NCBI GenBank assembly: GCA_958009085.1
Contig: OY253671.1
Span: 1,054,001 to 1,118,000, forward strand
Direction: 5' to 3'
Length of the DNA: 64,000 bases
DNA from: Protoeuglena noctilucae
Lineage: Eukaryota
The position numbers and the translations under genes were made by a program. Positions 12,149 to 25,619 of the stretch are shown here, one piece after another. Under the pieces are notes generated by a model. The model was not told where the DNA came from. It did no database searches and worked only from the letters and a program-made list of their open reading frames with translations. Each line of letters starts with the position of its first letter. Positions within the stretch are counted from its first letter, which is position 1.

Positions 12149-14138
12149 TCAGCGGTTGGTCTTGGCACGCGACGTGTGCGCAGCACGCTTCTGGGCCTTG
12201 GCCGGCTGCACCTGGTCTGCGACGATCTGAGTGTCGGGCACTGCGATACCAGGAGCAACTGGGGACCGATTCGTGTCCCAGTGTGTGCGCATCCCCGCCA
12301 TCGCGCAGCAGCCAGGGCCATGGCAGGGCGGTCACGCCAGCTATCAACCCTGCTACGGCACTCACGCGAATCGTCATCTTCGGCCCCACCCTCCGCCGGG
12401 TTCTCCGGCTGGCGTTCCCGGAGCCGCTTGGACTTGCGCACCCGGCCTCCGTCCGTGTCCTGCGAACGCTCCTCCCCGGCCTCCGCGGCCCCCGCAGCCT
12501 TCCTCTTGGACGGGAGGTGGGCGCTGTCCTTGTTCGGCGACAACACCGGGGTCGCCCGGTCGTGCCGCGGCACGCGACCTACCGCCTCCTCGGCGCCGCC
12601 CGCCTTGGCGCCCTTCGCCTTCCCCTTGCCGCTGCCGCCCTTCTTGCCCGAGCGCCCGTCGGCCGGCGGCTCCTCAGGCGCGCCTCCCTCCGTCGCAGCG
12701 ACGACCGCCCCCCCAGCCGCGGCACCGCCGGCAGCCCCACCCGGAGCCTCCTCGCCCTCCTGGCGCGCCTGCCCGGCCTCCGGCGCCCCCAACGCGGGCT
12801 GCGAGCGCAAGCGGCGAGGGTGGCTGGGAATGTGTAACCTCAGGTGTCACGGATGTGGGCCACCCCCACCCTCTCTTTCCGCACCTTCTTGTCATTGACG
12901 TCGCTGGGGCTCGGGACCAGAAAGTGCGCTCCGTCCCCCATGAGTTTGTCGACGCGCCGGAACAGGGACTGCGAGCAACGGAAGCAACTCACCGACATGA
13001 CACCCACCAGCACGCGCCTCTCCTCAGTCCCTGCCACCTCACAGCCGACGGCCCGCGACTCACCACATCGCAGAAGCACTGGGTCAAAAGCCTGCTCGGC
13101 ACGGTGGGGTCGTCCGTGCTGGCCTGCCAGGCGAGCTTCAGCGCCTTCCACTTGTCTCGGATGAACGTGGGGGACGACTGCGTCCATCCGAGGTCAGGGT
13201 GCTGGCGCTGGCATCCCTTCCAATTGAACAACACGTACTCCGATCTCCCGCCCTGCCTTCCCTGCTCCTCAGCATCCTGCGGGTGGGTCAGCTGGGTCGG
13301 CGACTCCCGGCCGGCACCGCAGCACCCTGCGGAAACCGCGCCCATCCAGAGCCGCACTGCCGCGCTCTCTCACGGCCCTTCCGCCCTTGTACTTAGGGTA
13401 CTGCGTCTCCATGAACGACACGAGCGCCTCCAGCTGCGGCTGGGTCCATGGGGTCTTGGTCTTCGTCCTCCCTCTCTCGCCCACGGGCCGCGGCTCTTGC
13501 CTCCGCGGCGTGCACTGTGGGTCGAGTGACGGGACACGCAACATCCGCGCCCGTCCACGCCGCGCATCAGGGCTCGGAGGGCCATCGGTTTTCAAAACTC
13601 ACCAGCGTCGGGAGGCCCTCAAACTCGTTCTCGCTGTCCACCCTGCGCACCGCCAGGAAGACGACCTCCTCATCCCCAATCACGCTACCGACGTACTCGT
13701 CGTCCTGCAGCTCCCCCTGGCGGTTTGGGTCCTGCGAGTGCGTGAACAGGCATATCTTGTGCGTCCAAGGACAAGCTGGCCCGCATCTCTGGACATCCCG
13801 GCCACATGACAACGAGACAGGGCACGTGACACCGGCCAGGCCGCCTTCGTGCCTGGGGAACGACCTCCTTGTTGAGGAACTGTCGCTTCCACCGCCCGGC
13901 GCCGACCAGGACCGTTTTGTTGGGAGCGAACATGTTGACGCCATGATACTTCCTGGAAATGAGCGCCTTGAGGCCTCCCACGGTCTCGTCACGGCTGACC
14001 TCCACCGCAAACATGCCTGCAGCAACTCAAGCCGGCCCGTTTGGAGCAAATCGAGCCTTGAAGCGCCCGATGGGTTCGTGATCATGTCCCACCTGTGCCG
14101 GGTATCAGGCACGACACGACGTAGACGGTCAAGTCCAT
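12149..14138 (-). CDS. Ubiquitin-like domain plus Myb/SANT (telobox-like) protein with basic low-complexity tail
   Basis: MDLTVYVV...|GMFAVEVSRDETVGGLKALISRKY...|...GELQDDEYVGSVIGDEEVVFLAV forms the UBL fold pattern. KTPWTQPQLEALVSFME...NWKGCQRQHPDLGWTQSSPTFIRDKWKAL is Myb-like. 3' exon inferred. Confidence 0.6.
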
Positions 14139-14522
14139 TGTCGCCGGGCGCTGTCCCGCCGCGCCGCGGCTGATGTGATGGCCCGCCGTCGAGGCGCCGA
14201 GCCAAGACACAGCTCTGTCGAGTTGTGCAAGCCCAGTCGGCGTCCGTGCACCCTAGGGGAGCCGAAGCGAGCGGACCGAGCGTGGCAGCACAGGCAATGC
14301 TCGTGACCCATCTGACCCTTCTTAGCATCATGCAATGTTGGCAGAAGGGGGTCGTGGGCGCCCATGTCTGCGGCCGGTCCCACGGGCACGGAAGCGCTGG
14401 TACACGCCGTGTCAAGCGCACGCCTAAGGCCAAATCTCTCTCCCAGACGCCTGGAGGTTCCGCATCGCATGCGTGTGAAACTGACTCGCGGCGCCTGTAA
14501 CCGCCATCCGCACCACCAAGGA

Positions 14523-14557
14523 GCTCATGGAAGAGTAACTGCTCATGGAAGAGTAAC
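14523..14557. repeat. 18-bp-period tandem duplication GCTCATGGAAGAGTAAC(T) x2
   Basis: Exact 17-nt copies at 14523-14539 and 14541-14557, in the divergent promoter between the UBL-Myb gene and VFL1. Confidence 0.95.
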
Positions 14558-14644
14558 GTCCGTGCATTTGAAAGCACCGCAACGACAGTTTGCGCGGACA
14601 TGACCGCGTGATCCTGGGTCTTGTGTCTCCCTACAGCGGCGAGG

Positions 14645-17600
14645 ATGGAGGACAGGGAGGCCCTCTCGGACGAGGCCTCCGAGGGTGAAGTCCTGTCCTT
14701 CGTGGGGGCCGGCGTCACCTCCGTGAGGTGAGTCGATGCGGCCGGCGCATCGCCTGTGCCCTATTCTTGATACTTGTATCTCCAGCCAGGGCCTGCGCAC
14801 GGGCCCATCGGGCCTGCGGATGGCCCTCGCCATCGCACGTCACCGCATGCTTCGGGTCTCCGCGTCCGCAGGTCCATCCGGGTCTCGAGCCCGCAGCTCG
14901 TCAGAAGGCTCAACCTTCACAGCAATCGGCTGCAGCGCATAGAGGGCCTGGAGGCCTTCTCTGCGCTGCGGAGCCTGGACCTTTCTTCCAACGCCCTGGC
15001 GTCCCTGACCGGTCTGCCCCACCTTCCGAACCTCTCCGACCTGAACGTGTCGGCGAACAGGTTCGCGACGCGAGCAGTTATGTACAGACGCCCTCGCAGT
15101 GCCACTCCCTGCGAATGCTGGTTCCAAACCCATCTCCCATCGCCCCATGCACATCGCAGGATCACGAGCCTCGCGGACATCCCGCCGCTGCCAGCCCTGA
15201 CTGCTCTCTACGCCGCGCACAATCGGCTGGCCGCGGCGCCGTCGACCCTGCCGGCCCACTGTCCCGCCCTGGCCAAGCTCGACTTGCGGTGCGGCAGCCA
15301 GGCCGGCTGTGCATGCTGCCAAGCGTCACCTGCTGGGCTCAGCTGTCGCGTCACTGGCCAACCTCCTCCATCGCGCCGCAGGGGCAACGCGATTGCCACG
15401 CTTGCCGACCTCTCGCCCCTGTTTGCACACCCGGGTCTGCGGGAGCTCGCACTGGCGGGTGGGCCCCGCCCCAACCCCGTCTGCTCCCAGCGGGGCCTCC
15501 GGGATGTCGTCATCGCCAGCATGCCGTCCCTGACTGTGCTGGACGCCCTGCCCGTCCCACCACGGCGGGTCGCACCACCGCAACCAGCCGCAGCTGTGCG
15601 TGCCCCGCCGTCTAGCACGACAGGCGATGGTCCCCGAGGCGCATTGGGGGACCCACAGGGACAGGATGCTTGGAGGAGCGCGCACGTCGGCCCGACCGAC
15701 GCCGCTGTACCCGACGGACAGGTCTCAGCGAGCGGCATCCCCAGAGGGCCGCTGCCGATGCCGGCGCTCAGGGCGGTGGCCCACAGCGACGCACTGGCGG
15801 GCCCGGCTCTTATCGTCGAGAACCGGCTCCTGGACCTGGAGAACCGCCTCCTGGGGCTCATCCAGCTCCAGGCCGCGCGAGGGGCACCGGAGGAAGGGCG
15901 GCGGCGAAGGGAGGGCGGCAGGGCCGAGCGTCCTCGGGATCGGGGGGACGGCGAGGCCGAGGGATCTTCTTCCAAGAGCGGAGAAGAGGGCAGTGAGGGC
16001 GAGGGGGCGTCCAGGGCTCGCAAGTACCCCAGGAGGCGCAGGGGCCCGGACGTGGGAGAGGGCCCGGGGCGGGCGGCGGACGCCGAGGCGCAGTGCGCGC
16101 TGCCGACGGCGGCGGAGCTGGCTTTGCAGGAGCGGGTGCGCGAGGAGCGGGCGGCGGCGCGGGCGGCGGGGGAGGCGGCGGAGGTGGCGCTGTCGAGGGC
16201 AGCGGCCGAGGCGGGGGACCTGCGTGCTGAGGTGGACCGCCTGGGCCGGGAGCTGCGTCGGCGCACGGAGGCGCTCGAGGCGATCGGCGCCGACGCGGAC
16301 GCGGCGGTGCAGGGGGCGTTCGAGCAGGCGGAGGCGCGGGTCGCGGAGGCGGAGGAGCGGGGGCAGCGGGCGAGGGAGGAGGGGACCCGGGCGGCGGAGG
16401 GGGCGCGTGCGGAGCGCGACAGGGCGGCGACGGAGCTGGCCGAGTGCAGGGTGGAGCTGGCCGGGTCCCGGGCTCGGCTGGAGGCGGCTGTGGTGACCAC
16501 GGCCGCACTCCAGGAGCAGATTCAGGCGCTGAGGGTGAGCGGCCGGGAGTGACCGTGGTCGGGGAACAGGCGTGCGCATCAGCGGGTGCCGTTGTGGTCA
16601 GCAAGCTGGCGTTCCCCTGCCTCGCTCCCGCAGGCCCAGATGGCGCGGACGGAGGGGGAGCTGAGGCAGAGCGCCGAGCGCGTTGCGGCGCGCAACGGAG
16701 AGCTGGAGGAGGCGTGCGTGGCGCTCCGCGAGCGCTGCGGTCGCGCCGAGTGCGCGGTGGAACGGCAGGGGGACGCGCTGGAGCGCGCGACGGCGCAGGT
16801 GGCGGAGCTGCGGGAGCAACTGGCACAGGCGAGGCAAGAGGCGGCACGCGCGGGCGAGGAGCGCCAGAAGACCGCGGTTGAGGCGGAGGAGATGCGGAGG
16901 GCTGCGGAGGCGCGGGAGAGGCAGCTGCGGGCGGCACTGGCTGCCAGCCAGCAGGCGGAGCGAGACGCGTCGGCCCAGGCGCGCCAGGCGGGCGCTTCCC
17001 TGCAGGTGCGCTGGCCGGTCTGCATAGGCCAGTCCTGCCGATAGGGCCAGCACTGGCCCGGTCGTCGCACCCGCACCTTAGCCAGCGTCAGCTACCACCG
17101 CGTTTGTGAGCCCTCGCCTCCGCATGGCACGCAGGCGGCTCAGGAGGAGCACGCACGGTCCTTGGAGATGATGCAGCGGGTGCACCAGCGGGAGCTGCGG
17201 GCGCAGGCGGACGGCGAGGCGGCGAGAGTGGCGCCCCTCGAGGCCCGGGCGGCGTCGCTGGAGGCCGAGAAACGCGACCTGGCAGAGCGGCTCAGGTGCG
17301 GGGCGGCACCCGCGGCGCTATGGCTGCCCGATGCAGAAGAATTGACTGCAGCAGAGAGCGGCGTTGTAAGGCCAGCAGAAGCGCTGGGAGCGCTGGGCCA
17401 CACCACTCCCTCCCCATGTGTCACGTGCTCCCCCACACGAACGCGTGCGGTGCAGGTCGGTGGAGGCGGAGCTGCGCGACGCATTGAGCGAGAGGGAGCG
17501 GGACGTGGCGCTCGTGCGCACGGAGCTCGAGAGGGTCTCCGGGGAGAACCGCGCTCTTAAGGATACGGCGCGGGACGAGGCGGAGCGTCGGCGGCAGGGG

Positions 17601-19040
17601 CAGGCGGCGATGGCGGAGCTGACGGCGGCCACGGAGCAGCTGCGGGCCAAGTGCCGGCAGCTGCAGGACCGCAACGCCACGCTGGCGAGGCAGGTCGAGC
17701 AGGTGGGGAGGCAGAGACTCCACATCCCTGCTGGGCAGGTTGCAGACAAGAAGTCGTCGTGTGCTACCGGCCGGCCTCAACACTATGGCAACCGCACGCG
17801 GCTCGCGGTCCACGCAGGGTCGTCCGGAGGAGGTGGAGCGGCTGCGTGAGGAGCTGGGGCGGTGGCGCACGGCGGCCTCGTCTCTGCAGGACATTCAAGA
17901 GGAGGTGGCGCAGCTGGGGCTGGCCAAGGAGCGCGCGGAGGAGCGGGCCGCGCACGCCGAGGAGCGCGGGGCCGCGAGGGAGCGGGAGCTGCTGCGGGAG
18001 GTGGCCGAGTGCAAGGAAGCTCAGCTGCGGGCGCAGGTGAGTAGCAATCGCATATATGCTTTCCTCTGCAATGTCGGGCAGCCCCGTGTGCCCTCTCCGT
18101 CCGCGACCTCTCTGGCGTCTTCGCCCGCAGGCCGAGTGCGAGCAGCTGCGGCAGCAGGTGGAGCAGATGCGCGACGCGGTCAAGGTGAAGGAGGCGATGG
18201 TGGACAGCGCAAACCGGTCCCTGGCGCAGCTGAAGGAGAGCCTGGCGCGGGAGCGGGAGGAGCGCGCGCGGGACATGCGGGCACACGAGAGCGAGCTGGC
18301 CGAGGCGCGGGCGCGAGAGGCAGAGGACGGCGAGCGCGTGTCGGCGCTCCAGGCGGAGGTGGAGGCGCAGGAGGCGCTGCTGGAGGAGGCGGAGGGGGCG
18401 CGGGCGGCGGCGGAGGAGGAGGCGCGGCGGGCACGCGAGGAGGCGCGTGCGGCGCAGGCGGCGGCGCGGGACAAGGACGAGATGCTTCGGTTTGTGGAGG
18501 AGGAGGTGGAGCGGGTGAAGCGGCTGTTCGAGGACAAGACGAAACGGGTGCGGGCGGAGAAGGAGGCGGCGGAGCGGGACGCCGAGGCGGCGCGCGCGGC
18601 GCTGGCGGACGCCGAGGGCCGTGCCGCGAGGGGCGAGTCCGACGCAAGCCGCCTGCGCGACGACGTGGCTCGGCTGGAGGGCGATGCGGCGCAGGCGAAG
18701 CGCAGGGCCGAGCTGGCCGAGGTGCGCCGCGTGGGGATGGGCACTTACACTTGCTGCTGGGCACATGAATCCTCACCACCCGCGGCAATGGCGGGCTCTG
18801 CCGCGCCGCGCCGCGCCGCCCGTGCCGAAGGCTTCGGGCCGAACCCAAACGCATATTGCGTCACCGTTCGCGCAGGCGGAGGCCGAGGAGTGCCGCAAGA
18901 GGGTCCTGGCTAGCGAGGCGGAGATGCGCGACTTGCTGCGGCAGGTGGAGAAGGAGCGGGAGACGGCGAACCGGAGGCTGCGGCAGCTGGGGAGCGTGCT
19001 CGGGGAGCTTCAAAGCGGGCTGCTCGGGTCCGCGAGCTAG
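14645..19040 (+). CDS. VFL1: VFL1/LRRCC1-like basal-body protein (N-terminal LRRs plus long coiled coil)
   Basis: SDS22-type LRRs (LRSLDLSSNALASLTGL, LSDLNVSANR|ITSL, LAKLDLR|GNAI), LRR cap (NPVCSQRGLRDVVIASMPSLTVLD), long coiled coil with VKVKEAMVDSANRSLAQLK, and end ...RLRQLGSVLGELQ. Confidence 0.8.
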
Positions 19041-19207
19041 CAGCTAGCAGGAGCAGGAGGACGGTGGCAGGCCATGGCATGTCATGCGTGCGCTCCCACC
19101 ACGTGATCTCTCGAGACCTAGGCAGGCGCTGGATAGCGACACTCTACTAGCAATGGTGCGGCCGCACCATGGGGCTATCAGCCCATGGTTCGGGGCGACG
19201 CTGCGGC

Positions 19208-20038
19208 TCACGATTGGATGTGCACGGTGAAGACGCACGCGGGGCAGCGGGACACCTCGGCGGAGACCTCCGCGACGATGCCGAGCCCCGCGAGCGCCCC
19301 GCGGATGATGGCGCATGGCAGAATCGTGCTGTGCTGCAGGTAGGCCTGTAACGGGGCCGGGTCGCCGGACGGGCCCGACACAAACGCCAGCCAACGGAAC
19401 GCGTTGTCGTGCAGCATGTATACACCCTGCGGCCGCGGAGGTCGCGCAGGGATTGGCGCTCGCCGCCAACAGACCCCAGCACCCAGCTCGCTGCAACGAG
19501 CCCGCGCTGACGCACCCGATGATTTGTCTTGAGCGAGTCCACCTGCTTCCCAAACAGCTCCCCCCACAACTCCCTGCACACCCACTTGATCGCATCCAGT
19601 TGTTCTAGGAACCGAGGTCGCGCAATCGTCAGTCGCTCCACAAGCTGCCTCCCTGCGGGTGCGGCTCGGTGTGCATGAGGTGCAGGGGCCTGCGCTCAAC
19701 GAAACTATGCGCCTCGAGGCACTAACGCTTTCTCAGTACGCACAAAAGCGTCGTGCGCGTCCCAGCGGCCGCGAGAACGCCCCCGCTCGCGCAGAATCCC
19801 TCACCGATGCGGAAACCCATGGGATCTAACGAAGCGCGCACCGGCGGCCCTCCTTCCGCCAACCCTTTCATGCTCTCAATAGCTGCGTGCAGAGGGGGTA
19901 GACAAGGGCATGCGGCGCTGCTGGAATAGGCCACGGCTCACATTTTCCTGTGCAAAGCTCACCTTCCAAGCACAGGAGGTCCCAGCAGACTAGAGCGACC
20001 TGACCCGCTGATGGGGGCGATGTAAGCTTCGATGCCAT
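19208..20038 (-). CDS. TRAPPC6: TRAPP complex subunit TRAPPC6/Trs33 (Bet3 family)
   Basis: MGFRIG...ERLTIARPRFLEQLDAIKWVCRELWGELFGKQVDSLKTNHR|GVYMLHDNAFRWL...CAIIRGALAGLGIVAEVSAE...CVFTV. Confidence 0.9.
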
Positions 20039-20402
20039 CGCCCCGGCCCCTCTCCCATCGCCCGTCGAGGCCCCAGCCCAATGGCAGTCGCTGGCGGAGA
20101 CCAACGGCACAACGTCTTCAGCCTCACTCGCTTCCGGGAGTACGAATGGGAACACAGATTGATCTGGAAGCCTCTCCGCGGCCATCCGTGTGACGAGGGG
20201 CCGCCGCGTCAGGTGCCTGAGTCTGGCGCCCCAGCCACGCTCCTTTCCGCGACCCTCAGGTCCGTCTGTCGGCATGATGGAAGCGTTTGAAAGGCAGATT
20301 GGACAGGCTGCGGGCTCAGCTACGCCGACGGGGCATGTGCGTCGCCGTTTTGTGAGCAGCCCGGCGTGCTGATTGGGGGGGGCGGGACCCGGCAAAGGGG
20401 AC

Positions 20403-23400
20403 ATGGCGACCGCGGCGGAAAGAAATGGGGGCAAGGTGTCCACGGCAGGGGCCATGGACGACCTCATGCCGACAGGGGAGGAGGTGAGGCCGCTTCCGCC
20501 GCCGCTCCCCAGACATGCTCCCATCCCGTGCCCTTCGGCCGATGAGAGCCACTTGCATGACCCGCGTTAACATCACATCCATACCATGTTCTGCCTACTG
20601 CAATCGCGGTGCGTCCGGGCTCCCACGCGCGTTGCACACGGACCCCTCGCAGTTGCTTTACGAGGAGGAGATGTTGCGCAACCCCTACTCCCTGAAGCAC
20701 TGGTGGCGGTACCTGACAGAGAAGCGGGACATGAAGCAGGTGCGCGTGCGGCGGGGAGGCTCGGCGACGCACTTGGCAGGAGGAAGCAAACGCGAATCAG
20801 CGACTGTGGGCCCTGAAAGCCCCGCATCCCGCCGCTCCGGCCCCACCGCGACGCGCTCGCCCCCTGTTCGCAGTCAAAGCGATATGTGGTGTACGAGCGG
20901 GCCCTGCGCGCGCTGCCCGGGTCGTACAAGCTGTGGAAGGCGTATTTGGACGAGCGGCGGGCGGCGTTGCGCAACCTGTCGCCGACGCATCCGCTGTACG
21001 AGTCCCTCAACAACACGTACGAGCGCGCGCTCGTCTCCATGCACAAGATGCCGCGGATCTGGCTAGACTACCTGGCCCTGCTGGTGGAGCAGCGGCTGGT
21101 GACGCGCACCCGGCGCGCGTTCGACCGGGCCCTGTCGGCGCTTCCCATCACGCAGCACGACCGCGTGTGGCAGCTGTACCTGTCCTTCGTGACCACGGAC
21201 GGCGTGCCCGAGGACACGGCGCGCCGCGTGTACCGCCGCTACCTCAAGCTGGAGCCCGAGCACGCGGAGGAGTACCTGGCCTTCCTCATAGGCAAGGGCC
21301 GGTGGGCCGAGGCGGCGCAGAAGCTGGCGGAGCTCGTGAACGACGACACGTTCCGGTCGCTGCACGGCAAGAGCAAGCACCAGATGTGGCTGGAGCTGTG
21401 CGATATGGTGACCAAGCACCCCAACGACGTGCGGGGCCTGCACGTCGAGTCCATCCTGCGCGGGGGCATCCGGCGGTACCGCGACGAGGTCGGGCGCCTG
21501 TGGACGTCCCTCGCCGACTACTTCATCCAGAAGGGGATGTTCGACAAGGCGCGGGACGTGTACGAGGAGGGCCTGCAGTCGGTGGCGACGGTGAGGGACT
21601 TCTCCCTCATCTTCGACGCCCTCGTGCAGTTCGAGGAGTCGCTCATCTCGGCCAAGATGGAGCGCGAGGGCGAGAGCGAGCCGGTGGCGCCCGAGGGCGA
21701 CGGGGAGGATTTCGTGCTCCGGGACCGCGGCGACGATCTCGACCTGCGGCTGGCGCGCCTGGAGCGGCTCATGGAGCGCCGCCCGGAGCTGCTGAGCTCC
21801 GTGGTGCTCCGTCAGAACCCGCACAACGTGCATGAGTGGCACAAGCGCGTCAAGCTCTTCCCTGGAGACCTGGCCCGGCAGATCCAGACGTACACGGAGG
21901 CGGTGCGGACGGTGGACATCGACAAGGCCGAGGGCAAGCCGCACACGCTGTGGTGCGCGTTCGCGCGCTTCTACGAGACCCACGGTGACCTGCCCAACGC
22001 CCGGGTCATCTTCGGGAAGGCCACGCAGGTGCCGTTCAAGTACGTGGATGACCTGGCGCAAGTGTGGTGCGAGTGGGTCGAGATGGAGCTCAGGTGAGGC
22101 CGCGCTCTTGGACTGTCATGCTGTTGTGTCGACACGACAGTGCCCATGGCCCACATGGGGTCGTCAAAGGCACTGGTCCGCAGCTGAGCAACACTCGCCG
22201 CGCTTTTGTCTCAGGCACGACAACTTCACGGGGGCGCTGGACGTGCTGCGGCAGGGCACCACGGAGCCAGCCGGGTACCGGGAGATGCAGCGGCAGTGGC
22301 AGGCTAACCCGGGGTCGGAGCGGCCGCCCCCCACGATGCGCGTGCACCGCAACCTGCGCCTCTGGAACCTCATGGTGGACCTGGAGGAGACTCTCGGCAC
22401 CATCGACAGCACCAAGGCCGTCTACTACCGCATGATGGACGGCAAGATCGCGTCGCCGCAGACGGTGCTCAACTTCGCGCTCTACCTCCTCGAGCACAAG
22501 TACTTCGAGGAGGCCTTCAGGTGGGCGATGAGTCGGCGTGGTTGTGACCAGCTAGGGTACGCATGGGATGGGATGACCAGCAAGCGAGGGGCAATTCGTG
22601 TGTGCGCAAAGGTGTAGGCCATATCACAGCAGGGGAGGCTGGCTGACCGGCATCCTTTGTTTCGCGCGCAGGGTGTACGAGCGGGGGACGCAGATGTTCA
22701 AGTTCCCGTACTCGCGCGACCTGTGGGTGGCGTACCTGCAGCAATTCGTGGCCAGGTACGGCGGCTCCAAGCTCGAGCGCGCCCGGGACGCTTTCGAGTC
22801 AGTGCTCGCCACGGCTCCGGCGGAGGAGCGCAAGCGGTTCTTCTTCATGTACGCGGACCTGGAGGAGAAGCACGGCCTGGCGCGTCGGGCGATGGACGTC
22901 TACAACCGCGCCGTGCGCGCTGTGCCCCGGAAGGAGAAGCTCGAGGTGCTGGACGTGTACATCAGCAAGAGCTCGAGCATGTTCGGCATCGGGAAAGTGC
23001 GGGAGGTCATGGAGATGGCCATCGAGGCGCAGGCGAGGGATCACAGCAGCGGCGCGGCTGCTGCTACCAGTGCCAAAGGCTGCGAGTATTGTCCTTGCCG
23101 CAGGCGCTGTCCCCTGCATGGCGCTGTTCCTGCAAGTGACCGCACTGACCGCGTCGGTCCCGCACCGCACCGCAGGGCGAGGAGGCTCTTTTGGACGACG
23201 ACTGCCGGGAGGTGTGCCGGCGTTACGCGGCGCTGGAGCAGAAGCTCGGGGAGGTGGACCGCGCGCGTGCCATCTGGATCCACGGCGCGGCCATGGCGGA
23301 CCCCTCCAAGCACAAGGCCTACTGGGACGAGTGGAACGACTTCGAGGTGCGGCACGGGAACGAGGACACCTTCCGCGAGATGCTCCGGATCAAGCGGTCG

Positions 23401-23887
23401 GTGGCGGCCAGCTTCTCCTCCGTCCATTTCAACACCACAAGCATCGAGTCCATGGCGCAGCAGCTCATCGAGCAGGCCACGCGCAGGTGAGTGGCGGGGC
23501 CGGGGTGGGGGCAACGGGTGTGGTCGCCCGCGCGGACCCTCACCGATCGCCTTCGTGAAGAGGTGGTGGCTGACCAGTTGCTGGTGGCTCGTCTCTCGCA
23601 GGGACGACCCGATGGCCGCGCTCGAGGCCCAGCAGGTGCCGGGGGCGACCGGCACGGCCGTCTCTGGGTTCCGGTCCGCCGGCGTCGTCAACGCGGGCAA
23701 GCCGGTGCAGGCGGGGCTGTCGGTGCCTGCCACGGCCAACACAGAGGAGATCGACATCGACGGGGACGGCGAGGGGGGCGAGGGCCCGGGGGAGGGCGCC
23801 AAGCGGGGCCGCGGGGTGGACATTGAGCAGCGCGCGGTGCCTGACGCTGTGCTGGGGTCGCTGGCGAAGAAGCAGCGGACGGAGTAG
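20403..23887 (+). CDS. SYF1: Pre-mRNA splicing factor SYF1/XAB2 (HAT repeats)
   Basis: LLYEEEMLRNPYSLKHWWRYL, YERALRALPGSYKLWKAYL, MHKMPRIWLDY, VVLRQNPHNVHEWHKR, FEVRHGNEDTFREMLRIKRSV, NTEEIDID. Confidence 0.97.
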
Positions 23888-24090
23888 TGCGTGTTTGGGC
23901 ACTGCTTGGTGGGTTAGGTGCCAAAGGGGTGGGCAGGGCGGCGCGCGGCCCAGTGTGAATGGGGGATCTTTGACCGTGCGAACGTTTCTCTTCGATCGGA
24001 GCGCTGCCAGAGCCAATAAGATGGCCAGAAAGCAGCTTTGGCGCCGTGCAGCAATCGCAAACCCATCCACAGGGCCGAATGCCATAACGA

Positions 24091-25619
24091 CTATCGTGGA
24101 GAGGGGCTCCTGGAGCTGGGCCTCGATCTGGATCGGGGCGGGGAGCGCCTCGGGGGCGACCGCGAACGGGAGGCAGGGCCCCTCGGGCTTCGGGACAGAC
24201 TCCTGCAAATGGAGAGCGGCGAACAGCGTGTGGAACAGCCGGTGTCTTATACAAGCGTGCGCATACGCCATAGTGTCGGGCAAGCATTGCGCCGGGGAGG
24301 CAGCGCCAGAGCGGCCGCGCGGCAGCCTCGCCTGGGATAGGAACGGGTCGGGGAGCGGGGGTAGGAGCGGGTGCGGGAGCGGGAGCGGGACCGGCTGTAG
24401 CTGCGTCGGCGCAGGGGGCTCCGGCCCCGAGGGGAGCGGGAAGGCGACCGGCTGTAGCTCCGCCGGCGCGGGGGGCTGCGGCCCCGCGGGGAGTAGGGCC
24501 GGCGAGGCGGGCTGCGGCCTCGCATGGGCGGACCCGGGTACCGCCCCCGAGGTGGGCCGCGGGGAGGCGACCGTCCCCGCGGGGGGTAGCCGTGTCGCGG
24601 CGGAGAGGGGAAGCGACGCGGCGGAGAGGGGTAGCGACGCGGCGGGGACGGGTAGCGTGGGCCGCCGTAGCCGCCCCGCCCCCCGTAGGGTCCCCGGCGC
24701 ATGGGCGGGCCCCTCAGGGGCGAGCGCGGGCGCGGCTGGCGGCGAGGGAGGAGCACGAACTGCACGGTGACTCTGGCGCCGTCGATCTCCGCCTCGTGCA
24801 TGAAGTCGATGGCCTTCTCCGCCTCCGAGCGAGTCTTGAACTCCACGAAGGCGTGGCCCTTCGGCAGGCCCGACCTCGGCTCCGTGGGGAAGTCCACGGC
24901 GAAGATCTCGCCGAAGTGCGAGAAGATCTGCGGCGGATCGCGAGCCAGGTCACGATGCGACGGCGGGAGAGACAGGTTCCGCGCGCAGCGGCGCGCTCTG
25001 CTGCCCCGCACCTCCTTGATGTGCTCGCTCGTCACGTTGCGTGTCAAGTTCCCCACGTGGAGCTTGGGCGGGCGCTCGGGCTCCTTCTCCCGGGGTGGCT
25101 CGGCACTCCGCGACCGCCTCCGTCCCCTGCAGCTGGCGCCGGGTGTCAGCGATCCCCCCCTCGTCATCAGCACCGGCATCATTACATCTGCGCCATCGCG
25201 GGGACGCACCTGGATGGGCTGCGCGAGTCGGCGCGCGGGGGGCTTCGCGAGTCGCGGCGCCGCGGCGGGCTGCGCGTCGTGGACCGGCTGCGTGCCGGGC
25301 GGGCCCCCGGGGACCTGCTCCGAGACACGTCTCGAGGAGAGCGTGACCGGGAGGCGCTTCGCGTGCGGCTCCGGGTCCTCCCCCGGCTGGGGGACCGCGA
25401 CGCCCGTGGCTCGGAGCTCCCGCTACGGGCGCGCCTGTCGTCCCCATCTTGTCTGTCAGATGGAAGGAATGGATTGCTATGAGCCCATCGCAGCGCTCCT
25501 GACGGGCTGGAGCTCCGCATGCGCCTCGAAAGAGGCCGCCGGCGCCTGCGTGTCCCGTCGCACCTCTTCCCGCTCTTTGGCGAGCCCGAATCCCGCGATC
25601 GAGACCGCGACCGCGACAT
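24091..25619 (-). CDS. SR45: SR45/RNPS1-like RS-RRM-RS splicing factor
   Basis: N-terminal RS region, RRM KLHVGNLTRNVTSEHIKE|IFSHFGEI...LPKGHAFVEF...AEKAIDFMHEAEIDG, then a long RS/RP tail ending ...SRSPSPR* after a GC-AG intron (24331-24203). Confidence 0.9.

Noticed and set aside
15860..18720. Highly repetitive GCG/GAG-rich tracts
   Set aside because: Explained by the Ala/Glu/Arg coiled coil of VFL1, not satellite DNA.
24340..24660. Short tandem repeats (GGAGCG)n and the duplicated GCGGCGGAGAGGGG..GCGAC unit
   Set aside because: They simply encode the RS and R(Y/F)PSPPR repeats of SR45 on the minus strand.
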